A stretch of 64,000 nucleotides of DNA from the NCBI RefSeq assembly GCF_030028105.1, contig NC_092379.1, positions 26,095,821 through 26,159,820 of the forward strand, read 5' to 3'. Of this stretch, positions 14,230 through 27,259 are shown one piece after another. The translations under genes and the position numbers were made by a program. The DNA comes from Mobula birostris. Its lineage: Eukaryota. Within the stretch, counting starts at the first letter, position 1. The number at the start of each line of letters is the position of its first letter. The notes beneath the pieces are model-generated. The model was given only the letters and a program-made list of their open reading frames with translations. It searched no databases and had not been told where the DNA came from.

Positions 14230-16130
14230 CCACATTGTTGTGCTGAACATGAAATCTTAACTAGAAACTCCCGGGAAATCCGCAACATCACAGTTCTCTA
14301 ATTTTCTATTACAATTTCCTGTTATATCCGCCTCGCTGGCAGTGTATTCTACGCACCCACCACTTTCTGGGTCATAAAAAGAAACTTACCTCTGACAGCC
14401 CCCCATTATACCTACTTCCAAGCTCCTTACAACTATGCACTCTCACCCATTTCAGCCGTGGTGGGGGGGGAGGGGGGTGGAAGAAAAAAAAAACTTTGTC
14501 TATCCAAACGATCAATGCCTCTCATCATCTTATACATCTCCATCATGTCACTTCTAATCCTTCCTCGCTCAAAGGAGAAAAGGCCAAATTCACTCAACCT
14601 ATTCCCATAAGGTATCTTCTCCATCCCAAACAGCATCCTTGTAAATCTCTGCTGCATATCTCTATGGTGTCCGCATATTTCCTGAAGTGACGTGATCAGA
14701 AATGAAAATATCACTAACACTATGACTATTGCTCCGCCTGAATTTATCCTATACTGCCGAACCTCAGATCCGACCACAAGGCTATTGCTCTGGCTGCTGC
14801 CGTCTTGCCCAGTTAGGTCTCTGCACTCCTCAGTATCCAGAGACGTATACATGTTGCTGAGGGGAATTGACACAGGGGGTCCTGCACTTACATATTCGTC
14901 CTTTATCTCTATGTGTTATGCCATCTGCCCCCCGCATTCTGCATTATTACTATTACCACCTGCTCAAAACAAGTATCTGTCAAATCATTTGCTTCCCGCA
15001 TAATATTAAGTTTATCTACCTCCAGTTCCTTACTGCGGTCTTTCATGAGCTGGCGTTGGCTGCATATCCCGCAGGTGCAGTAGTCAGGGAGAAAACGAGA
15101 TCTCATTAATTTCCACATCCTAACAAGGGAACATTCCACTGCTATGTCTGACATTCTGCCTGCAGTGTCACAATGGGAAATCAAGACCAAATCTTCCTAA
15201 CTGTTTCTTCGGTCTCAGGGTTCTTCGGTCTTCTCGTGGACACCTGTTCAGTCAAAGCTTGAAGCTCCCACTCTCGCCGCCGGCCTACTCCCGAAAATTG
15301 TCTCCTTTCTTTACTCTTCTCTAATTTAATTCATAGTGCTCTTGTCCCGCTTCTGATTAGGTCTCTGGAATATCGGAATATCGGAATATCGGAATATCCG
15401 TGAAGCTCTCGCTTTATACAATCTTCGCTGACTTGCCAGTAACCGTCTCGAAGTGCGCTCTTTTCAGACTCTCTCCTTCTCCGAGGACATTTCGGACTTC
15501 GTAGCTACTTTCTGCTTAAATACGTTTGTAAATTGGCCGATGATACTAACTTATCTGTCTGATTCTCCTATCTGTTCCCCTCTCTGCTCCTCGATAAACC
15601 TGATACTATTGGGCGGCCTATGATTAAACACCCAGTAGAGTTATTGACCCTTTCCTGTTCCTAACCTCCACCCACAGAGAATTCAGACAATTTCTCCATA
15701 ATGTCCACCGTTTCTGCAGCCGTGACACTACGTCTGATCAACGGCGCCACAGCCCTCTCCTTTTGCCTGCCTCCGTGCCCTTTCAGAAACACCTGAAACC
15801 CTGCACTTGAAGTAACCATACTGTACCTGAGTCATCAAAGTCTCTGTAATGACCACACCATCATAGACCCAAGTACTGAACCATGTTCTAAGCTCATCTG
15901 CTTTGCTCAAAATACTCCTTACGTTAAAATAGACACATCTCAAACTGTCGGTCTGAGCGCGTTCCTTCTGTATCAGCTGCCTATCCTCCCTCACACACTG
16001 TCTCTGAACTTTTTTTTTTCTATTTGTGAGCCAACTGCCTCTTCCCGAGTCTTTCCAGTTACAGCCCCACCCCCCATCAATTTTTGTTTAAACTCTCTCG
16101 AGTAGACTTAGCAAACCTCCCCGCCAGGAT
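14230..16130 (-). mobile_element. Patchwork of old CR1 fragments (3' end, ORF1/5' part, APE start)
   Basis: ORF 14433-14873 QRFTRMLFGMEK..FSFERGRIRSDM; 14909-15190 MSDIAVECSLVRMW; 15728-15994 CVYFNVRSILSKADEL. Confidence 0.75.
15367..15398. repeat. Short tandem repeat (GGAATATC)x4
   Basis: ggaatatcggaatatcggaatatcggaatatc read directly. Confidence 0.9.
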
Positions 16131-16455
16131 ATTGGTTCCCCTGGGATTCAAGTGCGACACAGTGTTTTGGTCGAGACACAGGACGCCCCCTAAGCCCACT
16201 ATGAAGGCAACGTATGCAGATAATACGGCAATCGGGGTCTGCAAAAACCAGCACAGGCGCCTGGCTCAGCAGCTCCTTTAACGATTGAACGGCTTCTTCA
16301 CAGTTCGCATTGCGCCTTGTTCCAAAAGGGTCCGAAGGGCGAAGTTATGGTTTACTCTCCTCTACTATTGCCCTCCTCCCTTTCTTCCCCAAAGAAGAGT
16401 AATAACCACACAGAAGCAAATTTAAATGGTGACTCACTTTCGCGTAGAACTTCAT
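16130..16455 (-). mobile_element. Gypsy pol fragment (RT thumb to RNase H start), continuation of the element at 19635-23103
   Basis: Minus strand reads FYAKVSHHLNLLLCGY...; then, across frameshifts, ELLSQAPVLVFADP...GLGGVL, matching the Gypsy RT-RNase H linker. Confidence 0.75.
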
Positions 16456-16456
16456 G

Positions 16457-19400
16457 AATTAGATTCAACTTTATTGTCATTGTGCCGAATACAGATACAA
16501 AGCCAATGACATGCAGTTAGCATCTGACCAGAAATTCAAAGAATGGTGTTATTTACAAAATAACTGCGAATAAATAGTGCTACAGCAAACGAATATAAAA
16601 GTACCTTGACAGTACAATATGTATGCAATACAACTTAGCGCTGTGATGTGAAGTTCAACAGTGTCACAGCCTCAGGGAAAAACGTCTTCTGGTGCCTACT
16701 GGTGCGGGAGCGGAGGCCCCTGTAGCGCCTACCGGATGGGAGGAGTGTGAAAAATCCATGGTTAGGGTGAGATGCATCCTTGATAATGCTTTTCGACCTG
16801 CCCAGGCAGCGTTTATGGTAGATATTTTCAATAGTGGGCAATTGGGTATCGATAATCCACTGGGCAGTTTTCACCACACGCTGGAGTGCTTTGCAGTCCG
16901 ATAAGGGAATATTGCCATACCACATTGAGATGCAGCTGGTGAGTTTGTTCTCAATGGTACAGCAGTAAAAGTCCGTCAGTATCCTGGGACAGAGATGAGT
17001 TTTCTTGATTCTCGCAAGAAATAAGGGGTTGTTGCCCCTTTTTAATCAGGATGGAGGAGTTCAGGGAGAAGGTGAGATCCTCAGAAATGTGGGCACCAAG
17101 GAATCTGAAGGTTGATACACGCTCGACTAGAGTTCCGTTGATGTAGTTGGGGACGTAAGTGTTGCTCCTAGCATGCCAGAGTTCCACATTGATCTCCCTG
17201 GTCTTCTGGGTGTTAAGGGGCTGATTGTTGCCGGCACACTACGCGGCCAAGTGATGGACCTCTTCCCTGTAGGCCGTCTCGTCATCCCCTCTGTTCAGGC
17301 CGACCACCGTGGTCTCTTCTTCGACTGATTATGGAGTTAGAACCATATACAGGAACAAAGTAATAGGTTAAAATGGAGTACTGAAGAGTGTTCAGCACAC
17401 AACCTTGAGGCACGCCGGTGCTCAGCGTGAGAGTGGAGGAGGATTGGTTGTCTAACGTAACTGATTGGGGTCTGTTAGTCAGGAAGTACAAGGTTCAATG
17501 GCAGAGTGATGAGCTGATACCAAGCTGGCGAAGTTTACTGATCAGCTGTGAGGGAATTGCAGTATTGAATGCCGAACTAAATTCAATGAACACAATTCTG
17601 ACGGAAGAGTAGGGGCTGTCCAGGTGGGTCAAAGCAGAGTGAAGTGCCGTGGAGATGGCATCCTCTGTTGACCTGTTAGTGGGATTGGAAAATTGATGGG
17701 GGTCCACAGTAGTGGGCAGACAAGATTTCCGATATGTTAGAACCAATCTCTCAAAACACTTTACAATGTTGGTTGTGAGTGCAACTGTACGGAAGTTATT
17801 CAGGCCCGCGGCAGTGGACCGCTTCGGCACTAATAGGATGCTGGCGATCTTAAAGCCTGTGGGGGCAACTGCCTGGTCCCGGGACAGAATGAAAATGTTC
17901 TTGGGGACGTCGGCCAACTACTCTGTACAGACTCTGAGCACACGGCCAGGCATTCCATTCGGACCAGCTGTCTTCCATACATTCACCCTGCTCGGGGTGG
18001 CGCAGACATCGGAGGTGGAAAGTGAGAGAGGCAGTTCACCAGGTGTAGAATCCGCTTTGAGGGCGACCTCCTTGTTCTCTCGGTCAAAGCGAGCGGATAA
18101 GTAATTGAGCTCATCAGGGAGAGAAACAGAGCTGGAATGGGGCACAATACTAGGTGGTTTGAAGTCTTTAATGACCTGTATGCCATACCACATGCGCCTG
18201 GCATCCGAAGAGTTGAAATGCTCTTCGATGCTCTCTTTGCATATGTGTTTAGTCTGAGGGATTCTCCTGCTCAGGTAGACCCTGGCTGAACTGTGAGCCT
18301 CACGGGCTACAGTCCTGAGCGCTGAATCTCTGGCTTTGAGTAAGAGATGAACTTCTCTGTTCAACCATGGGTTCTGATTGGGGAACGTTTTGTTTGTTTT
18401 CGCGATGTCACTCTATATACACACTAGTTGATGTGCTCAAGGACATAGTTGGTATATAAGTCAACGTTAACCTGAGAGTCTTTGGTGGCATGTGTAGCAA
18501 ACTCGTTCCACTCTGTGTGTTGCAATTGGTGCTGAAGAGCAGAATCAGCACCCTCCAGCCAGATCTTAATAGACTTCATTGTGGGTTTCCAACGTTTAAT
18601 ATCCGAGGTATACTTGGGAACCGTTTGCAATGAAAGATGGTCGGACTGTCCCAGGTGGGGGAGGATAGTGGCTTTGTAAGCATCAGCCACATTTGTGTAC
18701 ACATGATCTAAGGGTTTATTACACCTGTTGGTTCATAACACATTTTGGTAAAATCTTGGAAGCACAGTACGTAGTTACAATGATTAAAGTCCCCAACGAC
18801 AATAAAGACTCCGTCTGGATGCCAGTTGCAGCACTGAGGTCTTTCATGGCTACATTCGCATTAGCATCCAGTGGAACATAAACTGCAACAGCAACGATGC
18901 ATGTAAACTCTCGACGTTGATTAAAAGGTCTACACTTAATAATCAGGTATTCCAGATCAGCAGAACAACAAGTGTCAGCAGTCGCTGAGTTAGTACTCCA
19001 TGATCGATTCACGTAGATGCATTAACCAGCTCCCCTACTTTTACCTGTCGCTGTTGCAGCTCTGTCAGCTCTGAAGACCGAGCGCCCTTCCAGTTCCACC
19101 AAGTAGTTTTGGACATCACTATTTAGCCACGTTTCCGTAAACAAAAACATGACGTTGCAATTTATAAGCCTTCTTTGTATGAAGGTCCAACTCCTTAGTT
19201 CTTCCAGCTTGTTCGTCAGAGATCGAACATTGGGAAGGAAGATTATTGGTAGCGCTGCCCGGTGTGGTTTTAGCCTTAGCCTCGCACGCAGACATCCACG
19301 CTTCTCCCATTTTTGTTTACGTCTCGACGCCGGCGCCGGGCCCTTCCGGTCGGAGCGATTTGAATGCAGGTGTCCGCTATGCCCTTACTAACTCCGGAAG

Positions 19401-19599
19401 TAGGTGGACGAAGTTGAATGGATAGTCCAAAACTAAGCTGGTGCATTGAGAGTTAATGACCAAAAGTGACTGTTTGTTGTAAGTGCAGTTCGCATAGCCG
19501 AATCGAGCGAACACGCAGGAAACAAGCAGATGAATTAACACTATTTTTCAAAATCTGGTAAAACACAGGGAGCCTCCCGATTCTTACTCGCCGCCATTT
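16457..19599 (-). mobile_element. Rex1/Babar-like LINE, near full length, frameshifted
   Basis: 5' end AAATGGCGGC; NPHRAALP-type start; ADLEYLIIKCRPF; MNREVHLLLKARD; KCFERLVL...NRSTEDAISTALH; GVPQGCVL; HPNHGFFTLLPSGRRYR; TCTAAT-type tail. Confidence 0.88.
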
Positions 19600-21043
19600 G
19601 AGTTGGTTTTGATTTGAGTTGAGTTGATTTAAGGTAGAGCCCTCGGAGCCCAAGAAAGGAACGCAAAACTCTCTCAGTTTGGCGCCCTGGCCTTGAGATT
19701 ACGGCTTCTTCGACGGATCTAAACTACTCCCTTCCAGAGACTATGTGCCCAGCATTGCTGACAGACGTCTTGCAAAAGTGGCACTTCGCCAGGGAAAGAT
19801 ATAGCCCTTCAGATTTCAGACGGCCCAGCACATTCCGTACAATCGCTTCCTAATCCTACAAGGTGGACCCAAACATTATCAGGTCGTGCAGAAACAGCAA
19901 AACGTCACGAATGTTCATATCCCCCACCGTTTTCTCCATGACACACTGAATGTTCGCAGGACTGCGGGTATGCTTTGGGGCATCTCTTCGAACTACAACA
20001 ATCCCAACAGTCAAATAAATGCCGTCTTCTCGTTCTCAGCCTCACACATGGGGATCTGTTAGCATCCACTCCTCAAGTCCAGAACACTGATCCACTACGC
20101 TCCGATCAAACAGGCCAGCGATGCTTTGGACCGTTTACTGGTCTGCACGTTACGTCTGCTCATACTCCAGTAGTCCACACACATCCATACCTCCAATTCT
20201 GCTTCCTGACCACGACAATTGAGGGCGCATAGGGGCTTCTTGACCCAATGATAATCCCAGCTTCCTTCAACTTACACAAGTTGTGCCTGACGTCGGCCAC
20301 GACCTATCTCTGAACGGGGTGTGCTCCGTTACCCGGATAGTGGGACGAGTGCTTTGGACAGACACACATCAAACGCGTCAGCGGAAAAGACACCTTCAAC
20401 TTTCTTCCAACCCATAAGTACCGCGGAGTCCCAAAGCTTGACTGACAAAGCGATCAACTATGTACTTTTTCGGATAGTTTCTCTCGGGTTTGTCTTACTG
20501 GGACACTGGACATTACTGTCACAGAGAAAAAAAGATGGGCATTGGGCAGCCTCCGCTTGAAGGTGACCCCCCACTTCGTAGTGTTGCACACAATCAATGC
20601 TATCCTGTTCGCCTCCACAACCGAAGATTTCTGCATTCCGGGCCTCACCAGTATTAAAAAAAAACAAAAGTCCCGACTCTCCCTCGTGGTTTGACGGATC
20701 ACCCAACAAGAGACCACCACCTTCGGGCATTCGGTAATATTTTTGTTTTCAATTACTCTCGCTTCTTCCCTGGGTCGTAACGGATAACGATCTCAGGAAA
20801 TTTCTGTAGTTTCTCCTTGCAACCTCCCATGAGGCTCCCCACATTAGGAGTGTTGCTACCCATAACAATTGAAACATCGCCTTTCTGTACGGGGTCCGGG
20901 CAAACTAGTGCTAACGTATCAAACACATGAACAACGGTACAGCAGAGTAATCTGCGAACCTGTGTCAAGTATGGCTCTCGCATAAAACTCTGTATCTGTA
21001 GCTATACACTTGAGGTTAGCCCCCAAAAGGTTTAAGGACAATG

Positions 21044-21075
<32 letters not shown>

Positions 21076-22507
21076 TCGGTGTGTTTCTTGATATGTTGCA
21101 GGAAATGTGTTCCATCCGATGTGCCAGGCCGTCCCACACTGCGTCTCTTTAAAGTGTTGCCAACGACTCCCTTTGCTTAGCTACCCGGATTCTCACTCTC
21201 CGAGTGGTTTCCGGTCGTTCAATCTCCCGACTGAAAGCATCCCTCATCACCAAGTTATACCAGACAAATCCGGCCGCTCGCCTTCTCTGCTTAGAATATG
21301 CTCCTCCTTGTCAGCTACTTCTTACGTGGGGATGGAGCACACCCGCTGATAACAACAGGGACATTTCTTTTCTCAACTCTGCCACAATCTGCTCTATCAC
21401 TCCCCGGGGCAAGCCATCCGTGGTCGCTTCGCCGCAGCGGAGGACGGGCCGGTCATTCGAGACAATCGAAGACCATAAGCGATCAGGTTCAGAGAGTGGG
21501 TGCCTTCCGCTATTTGGTCCACCATTAAGCCATCTGTTAGTCCCCCTGCGCCACAATCAATTTAGTTGCCTCTCTTGAAGTAAGAATTAGGCATGAATTT
21601 TTTGTCCCTTCTCCTTACACATGTTCTGAAACCCCGTCATGGACTGCATTGGGTTTCCCGTCGTCGCACCGAACACCTTTTCTCGCGGTCACGTGTAGGC
21701 CGACGAAATGGCAAATGGGTGTGCGCCTTTACGGCTCTCACAACGGCAGCAGCCGGCCCACTCGAACTTTCAAACAATCGCTGTCGTTTTACGTCATCCG
21801 AGCACTGCCACTCATCTAACAATTCAGAGTTCTGTTCTGCCCAATTCTCATACTGCTCTTCCCATTCAGGGGTGGGCTTCGTGTCTGGGAACAGACGAAA
21901 CGACGATAGTTGACAATTTGAACTCTAGGATTGTTTTCATTTATTCGCCAGAGAAGTAAGGGCCGATGATATCTCATATTTTTTTTTTCCTCCTCACTGG
22001 GCGCCGCGGACTCATTAGATATTCCAAATCAGACCACAGCTTCCTCTCGCTAAAGCAGAAACAGGAGAACCCTGGCATCGAAGACTTCGCCTTTATCCGC
22101 GGACGTCTCCACTTGCAATTTGACCCTTTCCCTTACACTCTCTTCTTCCGGGCTTGTATTGAGAGTCCACTGCTACCCCTGTCCTTGGATCCTTATAGTA
22201 CCAGGCAGAGCCATTTCGTGACATCAGCGCTAGTCTGAACCAAAACAAAGTCTGTGCCTGTCATGTTATCAAATCTCTACCCCAGAATCGTACCTTTATC
22301 TACAGCTTTGAAAGTACTTAAATGTCGAACTAACAATTCATTGGGAGTACGAATATATACCCCTCTCAATACGCCCGCATTCCTTACCGGTAACCCAGTG
22401 GAATAACACCACCGTTCAACCCTGAAAGCATCCATCTTAGTACGAGCATGAACACACAAACCACTGTTTCAATACTCAGGGCAATCACACAGCTTCCAAC
22501 GAAATCA

Positions 22508-22526
22508 ATCCCGAAAGATACCCCCA
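22508..22526 (-). promoter_or_regulatory. Primer-binding site, degenerate tRNA-Pro type
   Basis: TGGGGGTATCTTTCGGGAT a few nt after the LTR end, versus the tRNA-Pro PBS TGGGGGCTCGTCCGGGAT. Confidence 0.6.
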
Positions 22527-22530
22527 CAAA

Positions 22531-22975
22531 TGTAACACTCAGGGTCTTTCAGCAGCGCAAGTCTAGGGAAGACACTTTCTGATCCCACAACATGTATGAG
22601 ATTGAGGTGCAAGACCTCCTGTTTGCGTTGATGCTGCGTGATATTTTACCCTTTTGCAAATCTGTATCACGAAACAAAAGACATCATATGCAATTAAACG
22701 ATTTAGCTTTAAAATTCATTATTTCACAGAAGTTTTAGTAAAGTCAGACAAAAGGCACCTATTTTAATGAAGCAATCTAACCTGCACAAGTTGGAGCTCA
22801 CAGTTTACCTTCCGTTGCCTCTTCATCGATTTCCCTGGGCTTGGTCGACTCTCGCCGCACTCCAAGTCCAGTACTTTCTGCTGTCTGTGACCTTTCCTTC
22901 ATGGCATCTTCTCTCTCCATCTTCCACCGAACAAATCTCCTAGATCACCTCGGTTATTGGCACACAGCCAGGAAA

Positions 22976-23006
<31 letters not shown>

Positions 23007-23103
23007 TATAAACACTCCGCGCATTATCCAGAATTATAGCCCAAGCACTGCTGCTACAAAAAGAATGTTACATTAGCAGTGAAACCTTTCCCAGTGTGTT
23101 ATA
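22531..23103 (-). mobile_element. 5' LTR of the minus-strand Gypsy element
   Basis: Ends GAGTGTTACA immediately before the PBS; the start TATAACAC resembles TGTAACAC of the LTR at 31024; interrupted by an (A)n(TA)n tract. Confidence 0.6.
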
Positions 23104-23189
23104 AAAGTACTCGTATATTCACTGATCTTGCTCAAAAGACAATAAGATACGCAGAAGTATGCCTTTCGGCTCTTCGAGACGGCTCCGGC

Positions 23190-23560
23190 ATTCAATCGTG
23201 GGCTGATCCAATTCTGCCAGTTATCTCCACTCCACTGCTTTCATCCCATGTCTTTCCATGCCTTGGCTAACCAAGAACCTGTTTATCTCTGTTTGAAATA
23301 AACTTAGTGACGTGGCTTCCATAGCTGCTTGTGGCGACAAATTCCAGAAATATACCATTCTTTGACTGTTAGCGATGTCAAGAAAAGTAAGACGTCAAGC
23401 AGGAATCTGACTACAGCGAGGAGGGAACATATCGTTGGTGAACATTGCCAACGAGACATCAATACTATACGCCAGTAGATAAGGCGCTGCAGAAGGAACA
23501 ATATTTGCAGACTTCATCAAAATGAGAATTGGATATAACGATCGTTTGTAATGGTATAGA
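23190..23560. mobile_element. Small CR1 fragments in both orientations
   Basis: Minus-strand CR1 3'-end-like sequence (~23190-23370), followed by a plus-strand ORF2-like fragment. Confidence 0.5.
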
Positions 23561-23574
23561 AAACAAGACCTTAA

Positions 23575-26500
23575 GACCATAAGACAAAGGAACAGATATC
23601 GGCAATTCGGCCCAACGAGTCTGCTCCGCCATTTTATCATGAGCTGATCCATTCTCCCATTTAGTCCCTCTCCCCCGCCTTCTCACCATAATCTTTGATG
23701 GCCTGGCTACTCAGATACCTATCAATCTCAGACATAAATACACACAATGACTTGGACGCCACTGCCGCCCGTGGCAACAAATTCCATAGATTCACCATCA
23801 CCTAGCTAAAAAAAAAAATCTTCGCATTTCTGTTCTGAGTGGGTGCCCTTCAATCCTTACTCATGCATTCTCGTCCAAGACTACCCCATCATGGGAAAGA
23901 AATTTGCCACATCCACTCTATCCATGCCTTTCATTATCCGAAATGTTTCTATGAGGTCGCCCTCATTCTTCTAAACTCCAAGGAGTACAGTCCAAGAGCG
24001 GAAAAACGTTCCTCATATGTTAAACCTCGCATTCCCGGAATCATTCTATTGAATCTTCTCTCTACCCTCTCCATCGTGAGCACATCTTTTCTTAAATAAG
24101 GAGACCAAAACTGCCCACCGTACTCCAAGTGAAGTCTCCCCAGCGCCTTTTTCGACCCACAACACCACATCCCTGCTCCTTTACTCGTTTCCTCTAGAAA
24201 TGAATGCCAACATTGCATTCACCTTCAACACCACCGACTCAAACTAGAGGTTAACCTTAAGGGTCTCTTGTACAAGAACTCCGAAGCCTCGTTGCATCTC
24301 AGAACTTTGAATACTCTCCACATTAAATAATAGTCTGCCCGCTTATATGGTATGCCAAAGTGCATAACCATACACTTTCCAAAATTGTATTTCATTTGCC
24401 ACTTCTTTGCCCATTCTTCCAATCTGTCCAATTCTCTCTGCAGACTCTCTGTTTCCTCAGCACTACCATTCCCTCCACCTATCTTCGTATCGTTAGCAAA
24501 ATTAATCACAAAGCCATCTATTCCATAATCCAAATCGTTGATGCACAATGTGGAAGAAGCGGCCCCAACACGGACCCATGTAGAAGGTAACCGGCAGCCA
24601 ACCAGAATAGGATCCCTTTATTCCCACTCTCTGTTTCCTGCCAATCAGCCAACGCTCTATCCACATATGTAACTTTCCCGTAATTCCATGGGCTCTTATC
24701 TTGTTAAGTAGCCTTATGTGTGGCACCTTGTCAAAGGTCTTCTGAAAATCCAAATATACAGCATCCACTGCATCTGCCTTGTCCAGCCTACTTGTAATTT
24801 CTTCAAAAAATGTAATAGGTTTGTCAGACAGGATTTTCTCTTTAAGGAATCCATGCTGAGTTCTGCCTAACTTGTTATATGCCTCCAGGTACTCCGCAAC
24901 CTCATCCTTGACAATCGTCTCCAACAACTTACCAATCACCGATGTCAAGCTAACAGGTCTATAATTTCCTTTTTGCTTCCTCGCCCCCTACTTAAATAGC
25001 GGAGTGACATTTGCAATCTTCCAGTCCTCAGAAACCATGCCAGAAGCTATCGACTTTTGAAAGATCATTGCTAATACCTTCGCAATGTCCATAGCTACTT
25101 CCTTCAGAACACGAGGGTGAAATGCATCTGGTCCGGGTGATTTATCTACCTTTAGACTATTCAGCTTCCTGAGTACTTTCTATGTCGTAATTGTGACCAC
25201 GCACACTCCTCTTCCCTGCCATCCTTGAATGTCCGGTATACTGCTGATTTCTTCCTCAGTGAAGACTGATGCAAAATACACGTTCAGTCCTCCGCCATCT
25301 CCTTATCTCCCATTACAACTTCTCCAGCTTTATTTTCTATCGATTCTATATCTACTCTCTCCTGTCTTTTACTTTTTATATACTTGAAAAAGCTTTTAGT
25401 GTCCTCTTTGATATTATTTGCTAGCTTCCATTCATAGTTAATCTTTTCCCTCTTAATGACCTTCTTAGTATCCTTTTGTGAGATTTTAAGAACTTCCCAA
25501 TCCTCTGTCTTCCCAATATTTTTTGCTTCCTTGTATGTCCTCTCCTTTGCTTTAACTTTGGCTTTGACTTTTCTTGTTAGCCACGGTTGCATCCTTTTCT
25601 CATTCCAAAATGTCATCTATTTTGGAATATACCTGTTCTGCACCTTCCTGACTTCTCGCATAAACTCCAGCCACTGCTGCTCTGCCGTCCTTCCCGCCAG
25701 TGTCCCTTTTCAGTCAACTTTGACCGGTTCCTCTCTCATGTCTCTATAACTTCATTTACTCCACTGAAATACCAACTCATCAGATTTCGGCTTCCATTTT
25801 TCAAATGTCACAGTGAACTCAATCATTTTACGATCACTGCCTCCTAAGGGCTCCTTCACCTCAATCTCTCTAATCACCTCCGGTTCATTACACAATACCC
25901 AATCTAGTATAGACGATCCCTTGGTGGGCTCAACAACAACCTGTTCTAAAAAGCCATCTCGCGGACATTCTACAAATTCTCTCTCTTGAGATCCAGTGCC
26001 GACCTGATTCTCCCAATCCTCTCGCACGTTAGAATCCCCACAATTATCATAAGATTGCCCTTCTGACATGCCTTTTCTATTCCCTGTTGTAATTTGTAGT
26101 CCACATCACTGTATCTGTTTGGAGGCCTGTTAATAACTGCCATCAGGGTCCATCTACCCCTGCGATTTCTTAGCTCAACTCATAAAGATTCTGCACCTTC
26201 CAATCCTATATCATCTCTTTCTAATGATTTAATATCATTTCTTACCAATAAAGTCACGCCTCCCGCTCTGCCTACCTTCCTATCCTTCCGATACACCGTG
26301 TATACATGGACGCTCATCTCTCAGAGACATGGATCCTTTAGCCACGTCTCAGCGATGGGCACAACATCATACCTGCCAATCTGTAGCTGTACGACAAGAT
26401 CATACACCTTATTCCTTATGCTGCGTGCAATTAAATATAACACCTTAAGACTAGCATCTTTTTTTAAACATTCGCTTTGATTTCACTGCAACTTTATTGC

Positions 26501-27100
26501 ACTACAACTCATGCCAATGTCTACAAATTTGCCCCATCACCTGCCTGTCTTTCCTGACATCTTTACTGCTCACTATCTCAGATTTACCTCTGTTTTCCCC
26601 TCCCTGCGCTCTATCATTCCGGTTCCCACCCCCCGGACAAATTAGTTTAAACCCTCCCTAACAGCTCTATTAAACCTTCCCGCCAGGATATTGGTCCCTT
26701 CGGGTTCAGATGTAAGCTATCCATTTTGAACAGGTCAACTTTCCCCAAAATATATTCAAATGATCCAATAATGTGAAGCCCTGCCCCCTGCACCAGCCTC
26801 TCAGCCGCGCATTCATCTGTCCGATCCTACTATTCTTGCTTTCGCTAGCACGTGGCACAGGTAGAAATCAAGAGATTACTACCTTAGAGGTCCTGCTTCT
26901 CAGCTTCCTTCCTAACTCCCAGCAATCTTCTTCAGGACATCTTCCCTTGTCCTTTCTATCTTGTTGGTACGAACATGTACCAAGACAACTGGCTGCTTGC
27001 CTTCTCCCTTCAGAATTTTCTGGACCCGATCCGAGACATCCCGTACGCTGGCACCTTGGAGGCAATACACCATACGGGTATCTAAAATAACTGTTAGTGG
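23575..27100 (-). mobile_element. CR1 LINE from ORF1 esterase to (CATAAGAC)-type 3' tail
   Basis: Tail cataagaccataagac; RLHLEYGGQFWSPYLRKD; FANDTKIGG; DFQKTFDKVPH; esterase MVYCLQGASVRDVSDRVQKILKGEGKQPVVLVHV (26912-27127). Confidence 0.92.
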
Positions 27101-27259
27101 GCCGCAGCTGGGTAACTGTGTGAACATTTTCTCATTAATTCGCAGAACGAACGTGATTGTAATAGAGAAGGTGTTAAGTCTGGAAGCTAGGTTATTGAAA
27201 TAAACCAGTACATAATATAAAAACCAGTAGTATATATATATATATATATATATATTTAA

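Larger units (their letters stand above)
12545..15553 (+). repeat. Copy 1 of an old direct segmental duplication (paralog 30830-33312)
   Basis: Collinear similarity across PPT, LTR, post-LTR flank and downstream CR1 fragments; ~13790-14225 is present only here. Confidence 0.8.
19635..23103 (-). mobile_element. Gypsy LTR retrotransposon (5' LTR, PBS, PNMA-like gag, protease, RT), decayed
   Basis: Gag start MDAFRVERWCYSTGLPVRNAGVLRGV (22277-22459); LDEWQCSDDVKRQRLFESSSGPAAAVVRAVK (PNMA-type capsid motif); protease AILDTGSQITLL (in ORF 20919-21137); RT SPIVVVRK..WR and LYLSLAKCHFCK...RSFLG. Confidence 0.88.
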
